A stretch of 20,144 nucleotides of DNA from Fibrobacteria bacterium (GTDB lineage: Bacteria > Fibrobacterota > Fibrobacteria > UBA11236). The stretch lies in NCBI GenBank assembly GCA_050486505.1, contig JBJHDK010000043.1, positions 1 to 20,144 of the forward strand, written 5' to 3'. Every line of letters begins with the position of its first letter. Positions within the stretch are counted from its first letter, which is position 1. Positions 6,753 through 15,575 of this stretch are shown one piece after another. Under the pieces are notes generated by a model. That model saw only the letters and a program-made list of their open reading frames with translations, did no database searches and was not told where the DNA came from. The translations under genes and the position numbers were made by a program.

Positions 6753-8207
6753 ATGAGCAAAAACACGGGCAAAAATCTCTACGAAAAAGTCTTTGAACGT
6801 CACGTCGTCGGCCGTCTCTCCTCGGGTCAATCCCAGGTTCTGATCGGTCTCCACCTCATCCACGAAGTCACTTCGCCGCAGGCCTTCGCCCTGCTGCGCG
6901 ACCGCGGGCTCAAGGTGAAGTTCCCGCACCGGACTTTCGCGACGGTGGACCACATCATCCCCACCGACGAAGTCGAGCGCCAGCGCCCGCTGCAGGACTC
7001 CCTGGCCGAGCAAATGCTGCAGGCCATCGAGGAGAACACGCGCGAGCACGGCATCACGTTCTTCGGCCCCGACTCGGGTCATCAGGGAATCGTGCACGTC
7101 ATCGGCCCGGAACTGGGCCTGACCCAGCCGGGCATGACCATCGCCTGCGGCGACAGCCACACCTCGACCCACGGGGCCTTCGGCGCGCTGGCCTTCGGCA
7201 TCGGCACCAGCCAGGTGGCCGATATCCTCGCCACGCAGACCATGAGCCTGGGCCGCCTCAAGGTGCGCCGCATCAAGGTCACGGGGAAGCTCGGTCCCGG
7301 CGTGTACGCCAAGGACGTGATCCTCGCGATCATCCGCAAGCTGGGCGTGAACGGCGGCGTGGGCTATGCCTACGAGTACGCCGGCGAGGCGATCGAAGCC
7401 ATGTCGATGGAAGAGCGCATGACGCTTTGCAACATGTCGATCGAGGGCGGCGCACGCATCGGCTACGTCAATCCCGATGAGACGACCTTCGCCTACCTGA
7501 AGGGCCGCGAGTTCGCCCCCAAGGGTGCGGACTGGGACAAGGCCGTGGCCTACTGGAAATCGATCGCCTCCGACGCGGACGCGACCTTCGACGATGAAGT
7601 CGTCATCGACGGGAGCGCCCTGGCGCCGCACGTGACCTGGGGCATCACCCCTGCGCAGTCGGTGGCCGTGAACGAGGCCATCCCCGCGGAAACGGCCTTC
7701 CCGGAGTCGGAGCGCCCGCTCATCCGCGAGGCGTACGAGTACATGTCGCTCGAGGCGAACCAGCCCATCGCGGGCGTGCCCGTCGACGTGGTATTCATCG
7801 GGTCGTGCACCAACGGGCGCATCTCCGACCTGCAGGAGGCCGCCAACGCCGTCAAGCTGGCGAAGGGCGCCAGGGTCGCGCCGAACGTGCGCGCCATGGT
7901 CGTGCCCGGCTCCGAGCCGGTGCGCCAGCGCGCCGAGGAGCTGGGGCTCGACAAGGTGTTCACCGAGGCGGGCTTCCAGTGGCGCGAGCCGGGCTGCTCG
8001 ATGTGCCTCGCCATGAACCCCGACAAGCTCAGGAACCGCGAGGTCAGCGCCTCGACCAGCAACCGCAACTTCAAGGGCCGCCAGGGCTCCCCCGCCGGCC
8101 GCACGCTGCTGATGAGCCCCGTCATGGCCGTCGCCGCGGCGCTCACGGGCAAGGTCACCGATGCCCGCGAGTTCTTCAACCTTTCGAATCCCGGGAAGCA
8201 GGCCTGA
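6753..8207 (+). CDS. leuC: 3-isopropylmalate dehydratase large subunit
   Basis: [53 protein letters not shown]. Confidence 0.98.
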   Translation: MSKNTGKNLYEKVFERHVVGRLSSGQSQVLIGLHLIHEVTSPQAFALLRDRGLKVKFPHRTFATVDHIIPTDEVERQRPLQDSLAEQMLQAIEENTREHGITFFGPDSGHQGIVHVIGPELGLTQPGMTIACGDSHTSTHGAFGALAFGIGTSQVADILATQTMSLGRLKVRRIKVTGKLGPGVYAKDVILAIIRKLGVNGGVGYAYEYAGEAIEAMSMEERMTLCNMSIEGGARIGYVNPDETTFAYLKGREFAPKGADWDKAVAYWKSIASDADATFDDEVVIDGSALAPHVTWGITPAQSVAVNEAIPAETAFPESERPLIREAYEYMSLEANQPIAGVPVDVVFIGSCTNGRISDLQEAANAVKLAKGARVAPNVRAMVVPGSEPVRQRAEELGLDKVFTEAGFQWREPGCSMCLAMNPDKLRNREVSASTSNRNFKGRQGSPAGRTLLMSPVMAVAAALTGKVTDAREFFNLSNPGKQA

Positions 8208-8209
8208 TC

Positions 8210-8824
8210 ATGCAAGCGACCGCATCCGCCGTCATCGAAACCGTCTCCGGCCGCGCCGTACCCGTGCGCGGCAACGACATCGATACCGACCGCATCATCC
8301 CGGCGCGCTACCTGCGCACCGTGACCTTCGAGGGCATCGGCGAGCACGCCTTCGAGGACGACCGCCGCGGCCTCAAGGCCAAGGGACAGGTGCATCCCTT
8401 CGACAAGCCCGAGTACCAGGGCGGGAAAATCCTCTTCGTCAACAAGAACTTCGGCTGCGGCAGCAGCCGCGAGCACGCCCCGCAGTCGCTCATGCGCTGG
8501 GGCATCGAAGCCGTGGTGGGCGAAAGCTTCGCCGAGATCTTCTTCGGCAACTGCGTCTCGCTCGGCATCCCCTGCGTCACCGTGGACGAGGCCGCCATCG
8601 GGCGCCTCATCTCGGCCGCCGAATCCGACCCCTCCGCCGAATGGACGCTCGACGTGAAGCGCGGCGAACTCCGCGGCCCCGTCACCGAAACGGTGGACAT
8701 GCCCGAAGGCCCCCGCGCCCAGTTCCTCAGCGGCAAATGGAACCCCATGAGCGAACTGCTCGGGAACCTGCCGAAGGTCGAGGACGTCGCGGACAACCTG
8801 CCGTATGTTTCGGGGCGTTGGTAG
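8210..8824 (+). CDS. leuD: 3-isopropylmalate dehydratase small subunit (204 aa)
   Basis: DIDTDRIIPARYL, NFGCGSSREHAP, SFAEIFFGN; ATG 2 nt after the leuC stop. Confidence 0.97.
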   Translation: MQATASAVIETVSGRAVPVRGNDIDTDRIIPARYLRTVTFEGIGEHAFEDDRRGLKAKGQVHPFDKPEYQGGKILFVNKNFGCGSSREHAPQSLMRWGIEAVVGESFAEIFFGNCVSLGIPCVTVDEAAIGRLISAAESDPSAEWTLDVKRGELRGPVTETVDMPEGPRAQFLSGKWNPMSELLGNLPKVEDVADNLPYVSGRW

Positions 8825-8861
8825 GGGCAAATAATTATTTGCCCCTACATCACGCCCCTAC
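8821..8861. repeat. GTAG-type REP: perfect 28-bp palindrome plus extra half-site
   Basis: GTAGGGGCAAATAATTATTTGCCCCTAC (8821-8848) is self-complementary and contains the leuD TAG stop; a further CGCCCCTAC at 8853-8861. Confidence 0.9.
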
Positions 8862-8877
8862 CGCCAGGTCGCGCACC

Positions 8878-10323
8878 ATGACCGTTTCTTCGTCGACCCT
8901 CCGCCGCTACTCGCAGGTCTTCCCCGTCGGTTCGGCGGGCGTTCGTTTTCCCGGATCCCTGAAGCGCCGCCGGCGCGCGCACCTCGACGCACTCGACTCC
9001 TTCGCGATCTTCGCGGGCGTGCCGCGCGAGCCGGGCTCGGAAAACCTCTGGCACATGAACGCTTGGAAGATCTTCCAGGAGCCTGCGGTGATGCACCTCA
9101 CCGGCATCAACCAGCCCGGCGTCATTCTCGCGCTCGTGCCGGGCGGCCTGGGCAAACACGCCGCCGAGGAAGTGCTGTTCGTCCCGGAGAAGAATCCCGA
9201 CCGGGAGTTTTGGGATGGGGTGCGCTTCGGGGTCCCGCCCGCCGCCAAGGGGACCGCCTCGCGTGACGACTCCGACCTGCGCGACATCAGGACCCTCACG
9301 GGCATCGACGACATCAGGCCCCTGACAGAGTTCGCGACCTGGTACGAAACCCTCGTCAAACGCTGGAAGAAGCCCTTCGGGTACGCGTTCTTCCACCACT
9401 ACGACGACGGCAAGGGCCGCCCGCGCGTGACGCGCACCGACCACAACTTCGCCTTCAAGCGCGAGCTCGAGCGCGACGCCCGCGTGGTGAAAAAGGGCTT
9501 CGCGATCCACTCCTGCGCCCCCCTGCATTTCAGGCTGCGCCTGCCGCTCGACCGGGACCAGCAGCGCGACGTGGCGAAGGCCGTGGCCGTCACGCGCGAC
9601 GCCTTCGTAGAGACCCTCCCCGACGTCCGCGCACTCCGCACCGAAACAGAGCTGGAAGCGCGCCTGCAATACGGCATGCTCCGCCGCAGCCCCTTCGGCC
9701 TCAGCTTTCCCTCCATCATCGCCGGCGGCCGCAACGCCACCGTGCTGCACTACCTCAAGAACGACGAGCCCCTGCCGAAGGACGGGCTCGTGCTCATGGA
9801 CTTCGGCGCGCGCTGGGGCACCATGCACGCCGACATCACGCGCGTGATTCCCGCCTCCGGAACTTTCAACCCGCTACAGGCGCTCATCTACGGGATCGTG
9901 CTCGACGCGGCGAAGGAGAACGAGCGGAACGCCAAACCCGGCGCGACCATCCGCGAACTGAACGACAAGGTGTGGGCGTTCGTCGAGAAAGCCCTTGAGG
10001 AGCGCTTTCTTGCCAAAGGCGGGAAGGCAAAACGGGAGTATGCCGGAAAGCCCCACGGAGTGTCGCACCTCATGGGCGAGCAGGAGCACGACGGCGACCC
10101 GCACCGCCTGTACCAGGACCATCCCCTGCAACCCGGCTGGCAGATCTCCAACGAGCCCGGCCTCTACGGGCACTTCGTCATCACCCTCGGCGGCAAGCGC
10201 TATTCCGAATGGATCGGCATCCGCATCGAGGATGATTTGCTCATCACGAAAACCGGCTGCCGTAATCTTTCCGCTTCGATCCCACGGGAAATTCCGGAGA
10301 TCGAGGAGTTGATGGCGAACTAG
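8878..10323 (+). CDS. pepP: Xaa-Pro aminopeptidase, M24B family (481 aa)
   Basis: Metal ligands in LMDFG, HADITR, HGVSHLMG, SNEPG and GIRIEDD; NATVLHY. Start at ATG 8878 inferred. Confidence 0.9.
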   Translation: MTVSSSTLRRYSQVFPVGSAGVRFPGSLKRRRRAHLDALDSFAIFAGVPREPGSENLWHMNAWKIFQEPAVMHLTGINQPGVILALVPGGLGKHAAEEVLFVPEKNPDREFWDGVRFGVPPAAKGTASRDDSDLRDIRTLTGIDDIRPLTEFATWYETLVKRWKKPFGYAFFHHYDDGKGRPRVTRTDHNFAFKRELERDARVVKKGFAIHSCAPLHFRLRLPLDRDQQRDVAKAVAVTRDAFVETLPDVRALRTETELEARLQYGMLRRSPFGLSFPSIIAGGRNATVLHYLKNDEPLPKDGLVLMDFGARWGTMHADITRVIPASGTFNPLQALIYGIVLDAAKENERNAKPGATIRELNDKVWAFVEKALEERFLAKGGKAKREYAGKPHGVSHLMGEQEHDGDPHRLYQDHPLQPGWQISNEPGLYGHFVITLGGKRYSEWIGIRIEDDLLITKTGCRNLSASIPREIPEIEELMAN

Positions 10324-10379
10324 TCCCTGTTTTCTAACATTCCCCGCCAAGGGGAGGGATTTTTGTAGCGGAGGTTCGT

Positions 10380-11309
10380 GTGAGCCCGAAAAAAGCGATC
10401 GCCAAAACGACGGCCAAGGCCAAGGCGAAGCCCGTGAAAAAAGCACCGTCCCCGAAGAAAACGACGACCGGAAAGAAGACCACCAGGCCCGCGAAGCAGG
10501 CGTCACGCGCTGCCGCAAAACCGGCCGCGAAGGCAACGAAGAAGGCCGCGAAACCGGCCACGGCCGCCAAGACCAAGGCAACCAAGGTTGCCGCCGTGAA
10601 AAAAATGGCGGCCGGTCAAAAGACGAAGACAGCAACGGCGAAGGCACCCAAAAAGCCCACGCCGCAAACCCGCAAACCCGCGACAAAGAGACCCGTGACA
10701 AGCACCCCCCCCAAGACCGCCGCCAAAGAATCGTCCGCCCCGAAAGCCAAAGCAACCCGGACGGAAGCCCCTCCTTCTCCTGCCGTCAAGAAGCCCAAAC
10801 CTGCGAAGGTGAAGACCACCGTCGACGAAATGGCCCTCGACATCGACGAGAAGGAAGAACTTCTCGAGCAGGAGAAGAAGGACCTGATCAAGGTGCTGCG
10901 CGAAGACGACGACGAACCCCTGGAAACGGCCTTCGTCCCCACCGATACCTCGGAGCGCTACATCCTCGTCGTGGACGAAGAGGGCCAACGTCGCACCGAG
11001 ACCATGACCATCATCTCCCAGATCTTGCCCAACGCAGTAATCGAAGTGGCCGACGACCCCGAAGAGGCGCTCGATGTCATGCAGGAAGGCGATTTCGACA
11101 CCTTCGTCGTGAATTTTCTCATGCCTGGCTACAGCGCATCACCGTTCGTCAAAGCCGTGGCCAACCATCCGGACCATCCTTTGCTGATCGGCTTCGCCGC
11201 CGACAAGATCTCCGACGCTCTCGACCAGCGCAAGGGGCTGAAAATCATTCCCCTGAAGCGCCTCTTCGACCTGGAGCCGTCCCCGGATGGAAACAGGGAG
11301 AAGGCATAG
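10380..11309 (+). CDS. Lys/Ala-rich histone-H1-like N-terminal tail fused to an atypical receiver (REC) domain (309 aa)
   Basis: GGAGG at 10370-10374 then GTG; about 147 aa K/A/P/T-rich, an acidic linker, then ILVVDEE...A.DPEEAL...FDTFVVNFLMPG receiver pattern. Confidence 0.75.
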   Translation: MSPKKAIAKTTAKAKAKPVKKAPSPKKTTTGKKTTRPAKQASRAAAKPAAKATKKAAKPATAAKTKATKVAAVKKMAAGQKTKTATAKAPKKPTPQTRKPATKRPVTSTPPKTAAKESSAPKAKATRTEAPPSPAVKKPKPAKVKTTVDEMALDIDEKEELLEQEKKDLIKVLREDDDEPLETAFVPTDTSERYILVVDEEGQRRTETMTIISQILPNAVIEVADDPEEALDVMQEGDFDTFVVNFLMPGYSASPFVKAVANHPDHPLLIGFAADKISDALDQRKGLKIIPLKRLFDLEPSPDGNREKA

Positions 11310-11313
11310 CCCC

Positions 11314-11477
11314 CGGGATGCTTTTTCGTAACCCCATGATTTTAAATGGGGTTATCCCGACATCCCGAAGATCTTCTGGATTATTTTCGTAACCTTATTG
11401 AAAACAAGGGATTGCCATGTTTTCAATAAGGAAATGCCGGCGTTGAAAACTCGAATGTACGCCGTAACCCATTGATT
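11314..11477. other. AT-rich array of inverted and direct repeats with IHF-like boxes
   Basis: TAACCCCAT-N8-ATGGGGTTA (11329-11354) nested in CGGGATG/CATCCCG; CCTTATTGAAAACA-N11-TGTTTTCAATAAGG (11393-11431); CGTAACC occurs three times. Confidence 0.7.
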
Positions 11478-11542
11478 TGAGATGAAATCCGGAGTCACTA
11501 CGGGCAATGCGGCATCGCGGTGCCCGGAATGCGCCACCGGCT

Positions 11543-13417
11543 TCAGGGGGAAGTGGCGGCTACCGTGGCGGCCAAGGCCGCCTCGCGCTCCTCTTCCGGG
11601 GCGACAGCGAGCCAGAGTTCTTCGAGCCTTTCCGCCTGCGTGCGAATCTCGGTCGCCAAGGATTCGAAGTTTTCTCCCGCAAAGGGGGACCCGTCGAGCA
11701 ACGGAGCGTAGTACCGCATCCCGTCCTCGAGGTTTCCCTTGAAGACACGCAGGTGGTCAAGCTTGGGGTCACCGTACGAGACATGCTTGTTGACCAGTCT
11801 CTCGAAATAATCGACGTAGAGACGGAGATCCTTGGCGAACATGTGGGGGCGGTCGGCGGGGACAAGTGACGGACCGCGCCCGTAGATGTGGTCGATCATC
11901 TCGGTGAGGCTGTACTGGCGATCGAAGTAGGCGATGTTGGGGCCCGGGCACACGGACACAGGTTGCTTCGAGGCTGTCTCCCCCATTTCGATGAGGGCGC
12001 CGTTACCGAGCTGGTCGCAAATGCACTGCTTGGCGTAGACGTAGCGCACCTTGGGATCGGGGTGATCGACAGGGGGAACCCCCTCGAACCCCATGGCCTT
12101 GAGCTTGAGGTTCTGGTACTCCTTCGAGGCCGTGCAGATGGGCTTCTCGGTGAACTCCGTGTTCGAGACGAGGTAACCCTTCGGACAGGCCGAACCGGGG
12201 CGCCCTTTCTCGATTTGCGCGTGCGTCCACTGCTCCGAGGAAGAACCGCGCAGGTTGTTGAAGAGGATTCCAAGGGGCGAGGCGTCGCTCTGGTACAGAT
12301 CGTCCTCCCCGGCGGCTTCGAGCTGCTTGCGGGTCGCTTCGTCGAGCGAGGTCACTTCTGGAACGAGCAGGAAAGGGCTCCCCCACCCCGTGGCGTCGAG
12401 GCCATAGCCCTCGGCGTCGAGCATGCGACGCATCTCGCCTTGGTTGCCAATGCCGCCCTGCGCAGTGACGTCGATACGGCGGCCCTTGCGCGAGGCAGGG
12501 TGCTCCTTGCCCTTCTTGGCGTAATACGCCTCGATGAGGGGCTCGAACATTTCGGGGAAGTTGTCGCGGTTGTCCCGGAACTCCTGCACGATCGGCCCCA
12601 TGAGGTAACCGTCGGAGGCGAAGGCGTGACCGCCGCAGTTCAGGGCCGACTCGATGCGGAACTCGCGAACCTCGACGCCCTTCTTGGCGAGGAAGCGTCC
12701 CTGGATGATGCTGGAGCGGTAGTCGGTGACCTTGAGGATGATGCCCTTCTTGGGGCGTTCTCCATTCTGCGGGTAAAAGTCGGGATACTGCTCGAGTGAC
12801 CCGTAGAGCGTCGGGTTGATGCCCGCGCTGAAGACCATGTTGCCGCGCGCGCGCGACAGGGCGAAGCCGCGCAGGGCCGCCTTGGCATCGCTGAACTCGG
12901 GCGGCAGGGGCTTCCCGTCCTTGCCGTAAGGAAGGCGGTCGAGCTTGGTCATGATGTTGACGTCGATGTTGCCGGGAATGATGGCGGCGTTCAGCTCCAA
13001 CTCGAGTGCGGGCTTCTCCGTGGAAGATGCCGACAGGTAGTGATCGTAGAGCGCGCGCACCGGCGAGGAGGCGGGCAACAGTTCGAAGTAGCGGGCCTTG
13101 TCGTTGCCCGCCTCGAAAGGGAGCGCCTTCAGCTCGGCGATTTGCGCATCGACGCGATCCTGCATCATGTCGAGATAGGCCGTGATGCGGGCCGCGCGCG
13201 CGTCGGGGTGGCTCTGGACGATGACTTCGTAAGGGAGTCCGAACTCCTTGCAGTAGTGCTTGCGAACGCGCTCGATGAGCATGTCGTCGACCAACGAGAC
13301 CACCGAGCTGATGCCGAAGCGGGCCACGCGCAGGGGGGTATCGAGGGTGAACCCCGTTCCCATCACGGGGATGTGGAAACGGTGGTGCGTGCCGTACATG
13401 GAGTCTGTTACTTGCAT
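11543..13417 (-). CDS. Conserved hypothetical protein; predicted FMN TIM-barrel oxidoreductase (NMO/FabK/FabX-like) with Cys-rich C-terminal region (624 aa)
   Basis: GC3-biased coding pattern; FHIPVMGTG, DVNIM, VFSAG, IESALNCGGH, AQGGIG, GWGSPFL, SPLG, KQCICDQLG, VCPGPN. The CDS is secure; the function is inferred. Confidence 0.65.
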   Translation of the reverse strand: MQVTDSMYGTHHRFHIPVMGTGFTLDTPLRVARFGISSVVSLVDDMLIERVRKHYCKEFGLPYEVIVQSHPDARAARITAYLDMMQDRVDAQIAELKALPFEAGNDKARYFELLPASSPVRALYDHYLSASSTEKPALELELNAAIIPGNIDVNIMTKLDRLPYGKDGKPLPPEFSDAKAALRGFALSRARGNMVFSAGINPTLYGSLEQYPDFYPQNGERPKKGIILKVTDYRSSIIQGRFLAKKGVEVREFRIESALNCGGHAFASDGYLMGPIVQEFRDNRDNFPEMFEPLIEAYYAKKGKEHPASRKGRRIDVTAQGGIGNQGEMRRMLDAEGYGLDATGWGSPFLLVPEVTSLDEATRKQLEAAGEDDLYQSDASPLGILFNNLRGSSSEQWTHAQIEKGRPGSACPKGYLVSNTEFTEKPICTASKEYQNLKLKAMGFEGVPPVDHPDPKVRYVYAKQCICDQLGNGALIEMGETASKQPVSVCPGPNIAYFDRQYSLTEMIDHIYGRGPSLVPADRPHMFAKDLRLYVDYFERLVNKHVSYGDPKLDHLRVFKGNLEDGMRYYAPLLDGSPFAGENFESLATEIRTQAERLEELWLAVAPEEEREAALAATVAATSP

Positions 13418-13517
13418 GGGTCAAATTGTAGGAACCGGGGGCCTCGCAGGCCTCGATTTTCAGCGAATTTCGTGTAAAATCATGTCATGCGCCGCCGATT
13501 GACAGGGGGAACGGTAC

Positions 13518-15119
13518 CTAAGGTCCGACGTGGAATTTTTCGAAGCGCAGCTTCGGATAATTCTTCTCCACCGTCTGCAAACGGAACTCGTTGGGCACCA
13601 GATAGACCAAATTTCCGCGCTTGTCCTGGGCCAGATCGAACTGGTGCTCCTGCCTGAAGGCCGCCAGTTCCAGGGAAGCCTCCGCCGGGCTTGCGGAAGA
13701 GTCCCCCGAAACCCAGCGCGCCTGGTAAACGGGCGCCCCCTCGAAACGACACTTCGCCCCGTACTCTTCCTCGAGCCGGAACTTGATCACGTCGAACTGC
13801 AGCACGCCCACCACCCCCAACACCGGAATCGGCCCGTTGAGTGGCTGGAAGAGTTGCGTCGCCCCCTCCTCGGACAACTGGCGCAACCCCTGCTGCAGTT
13901 GCTTGTTCTTGAGCGGATCTTCGAGATAGACCTTGGCGAAATGCTCGGGTGCGAAATCGGGAATCCCCTCGAAAGCGAGAACTTCGCTTTCCGAGAGCGT
14001 GTCGCTGATGCTGTAGAGGCCGGTGTCGTGGATGCCGATGATGTCGCCGGCGTACGCCTCCTCGAGAATCTCGCGATCATTGGCCATCATCGACGTGGGT
14101 GCGGCCAGGCGCACCTGTCTCCCCGTGCGGCAATGCGTCACCTTCTCACCGCGCCGGAATTTTCCGGAGCAGATCCGCAGGAAGGCGATGCGGTCGCGGT
14201 GCTTGGGGTCGGTATTGGCCTGGATCTTGAAGACGAAGCCGGTGAATTTCGGCTCGGTCGCCTCCACCGTCCGCTCCTTCGCCTGGCGCGGCAGGGGCGG
14301 CGGTGCCACGGCCACGAAGCTGTCGAGCAGGTGCTTGACGCCGAAGTTGCTGATGGCCGATCCGAAGTACACGGGTGCCTGTTCGCCGCGCAAATACTTC
14401 GCGCGATCGAAGGGCTCGAGGGCGCCCTGGGCCAGCTCCGCCTGCTCGCGAAACTCCGCGAGATACTTCGCGTCGAACCACTGGTCGAGCTGCGGATCGT
14501 GAATGCCTGAGACCTTGCGGATTTCCTGCCCATCGCCGGATTCCGGTTGATAGAAGTGCACGCTGTCGTCGATGAAGGAGTACACGCCCTGGAAGGCCTT
14601 GCCGTTGCCGATGGGCAACGTGCGGGGCGAACACTTCACTCCCAGCACGTTCTCGACCTCGTCCATGAGCGCCAGCGGATCGAGCGCATCGCGATCCATC
14701 TTGTTCATGAATACGGTGACGGGCGTCTTGCGCATGCTGCAAACTTCCATCAGCTTGATGGTCTGGGTTTCGACGCCCTTGGCCGAATCCATGAGGACGA
14801 GGGCGGAGTCGACGGCTGTCAGCGCGCGATAGGTGTCTTCGGAGAAGTCCTGGTGGCCCGGAGTGTCGAGGAGGTTGATCTGGCAACCGCCGTAGGGGAA
14901 CGACAAGACGGAGGAGGACACGGAAATGCCGCGCTGCTGTTCGATCTTCATCCAGTCGGAGGTGGTGAATTTCTTGCCGGTCTTGGCGCGCACGTGCCCG
15001 GCCTCGCGGATGGCGCCGCCGTACCACAGGAATTTTTCGGTGATGGTGGTTTTGCCGGCGTCGGGGTGGCTGACGATGGCGAAAGTGCGGCGGCGCAGGA
15101 TTTCCTGTTCAAAGGTCAT
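13518..15119 (-). CDS. prfC: Peptide chain release factor 3
   Basis: RRRTFAIVSHPDAGKTT, SDWMKIEQQRGISV, DTPGHQDFSEDTYR, FKIQANTDPKHRDRIAF. Confidence 0.98.
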   Translation of the reverse strand: MTFEQEILRRRTFAIVSHPDAGKTTITEKFLWYGGAIREAGHVRAKTGKKFTTSDWMKIEQQRGISVSSSVLSFPYGGCQINLLDTPGHQDFSEDTYRALTAVDSALVLMDSAKGVETQTIKLMEVCSMRKTPVTVFMNKMDRDALDPLALMDEVENVLGVKCSPRTLPIGNGKAFQGVYSFIDDSVHFYQPESGDGQEIRKVSGIHDPQLDQWFDAKYLAEFREQAELAQGALEPFDRAKYLRGEQAPVYFGSAISNFGVKHLLDSFVAVAPPPLPRQAKERTVEATEPKFTGFVFKIQANTDPKHRDRIAFLRICSGKFRRGEKVTHCRTGRQVRLAAPTSMMANDREILEEAYAGDIIGIHDTGLYSISDTLSESEVLAFEGIPDFAPEHFAKVYLEDPLKNKQLQQGLRQLSEEGATQLFQPLNGPIPVLGVVGVLQFDVIKFRLEEEYGAKCRFEGAPVYQARWVSGDSSASPAEASLELAAFRQEHQFDLAQDKRGNLVYLVPNEFRLQTVEKNYPKLRFEKFHVGP

Positions 15120-15158
15120 AGGCGCGGGAAAGGTAGGTGTTTTGGGGCGCTTGGGTCA

Positions 15159-15238
15159 CGCGGCGGGGCGACCTCACCGCGCTTCCACGATGGCAAAAAC
15201 CTCTATCCCCATACCCTTTCTCCGGAGGGGCGAAAGGG
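15159..15238. repeat. Two imperfect REP-like hairpins upstream of prfC
   Basis: CGCGGCGGGG-CGA-CCTCACCGCG (15159-15181) and CCCTTTC-N11-GAAAGGG (15214-15238) preceded by CCTCTATCCCC, resembling the element at 20063-20144. Confidence 0.45.
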
Positions 15239-15268
15239 CTTTCACCGGGGGCGATCACCTTTGCAGGC

Positions 15269-15568
15269 TTAAAGAATCGACCGCAACGCCCCGAAGACGA
15301 ACAACGCGACGACGATGATGCCCGTGATCCACCAGATCGTCTTCACACCCTCGGCTTTCGCCGGTGTGCCGAACTCCTTGTCGAAGGCGTCCTCGTAGTC
15401 GAAATCGTCCTCGGGATCGGCCGAGCCGCCGCCCGCGTAGCCGTCTTCGCGCCACCCGGTCTGCTCATCGGCTCCGCACTCGGGACATGCCAGCGCACGC
15501 GGGGGAACATCGGCACCGCAGTTGGGGCACACGAAGTGTTCTTTCTCGGGACTGTTCGCGTAGGGCAC
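15269..15568 (-). CDS. Small zinc-ribbon protein with acidic linker and C-terminal transmembrane helix (99 aa)
   Basis: CPNC...CPEC, DPEDDFDYEDAFDKEFG, hydrophobic IWWITGIIVVALFVFGAL; GTG start 6 nt after TAACTT. Confidence 0.8.
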   Translation of the reverse strand: MPYANSPEKEHFVCPNCGADVPPRALACPECGADEQTGWREDGYAGGGSADPEDDFDYEDAFDKEFGTPAKAEGVKTIWWITGIIVVALFVFGALRSIL

Positions 15569-15575
15569 GGGGGAA

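Noticed and set aside
8161..8877. N-terminal extension of the 720-aa ORF (fusion upstream of pepP)
   Set aside because: Out-of-frame shadow of leuD with Arg/Pro-rich nonsense sequence; real start is likely 8878.
11314..11477. dif site or oriC
   Set aside because: No match to the XerC/XerD dif consensus and no TTATCCACA DnaA boxes seen.
11352..11537. 61-aa ORF across the AT-rich array
   Set aside because: No SD or promoter box, atypical codon usage; better explained as a by-product of the repeat region.
12003..13424. 473-aa ORF and other long overlapping or antisense ORFs (e.g. 7550-8830, 11888-12799, 13530-14510, 16123-17211)
   Set aside because: Expected stop-codon scarcity in high-GC coding DNA; no motifs; each overlaps a well-supported gene.
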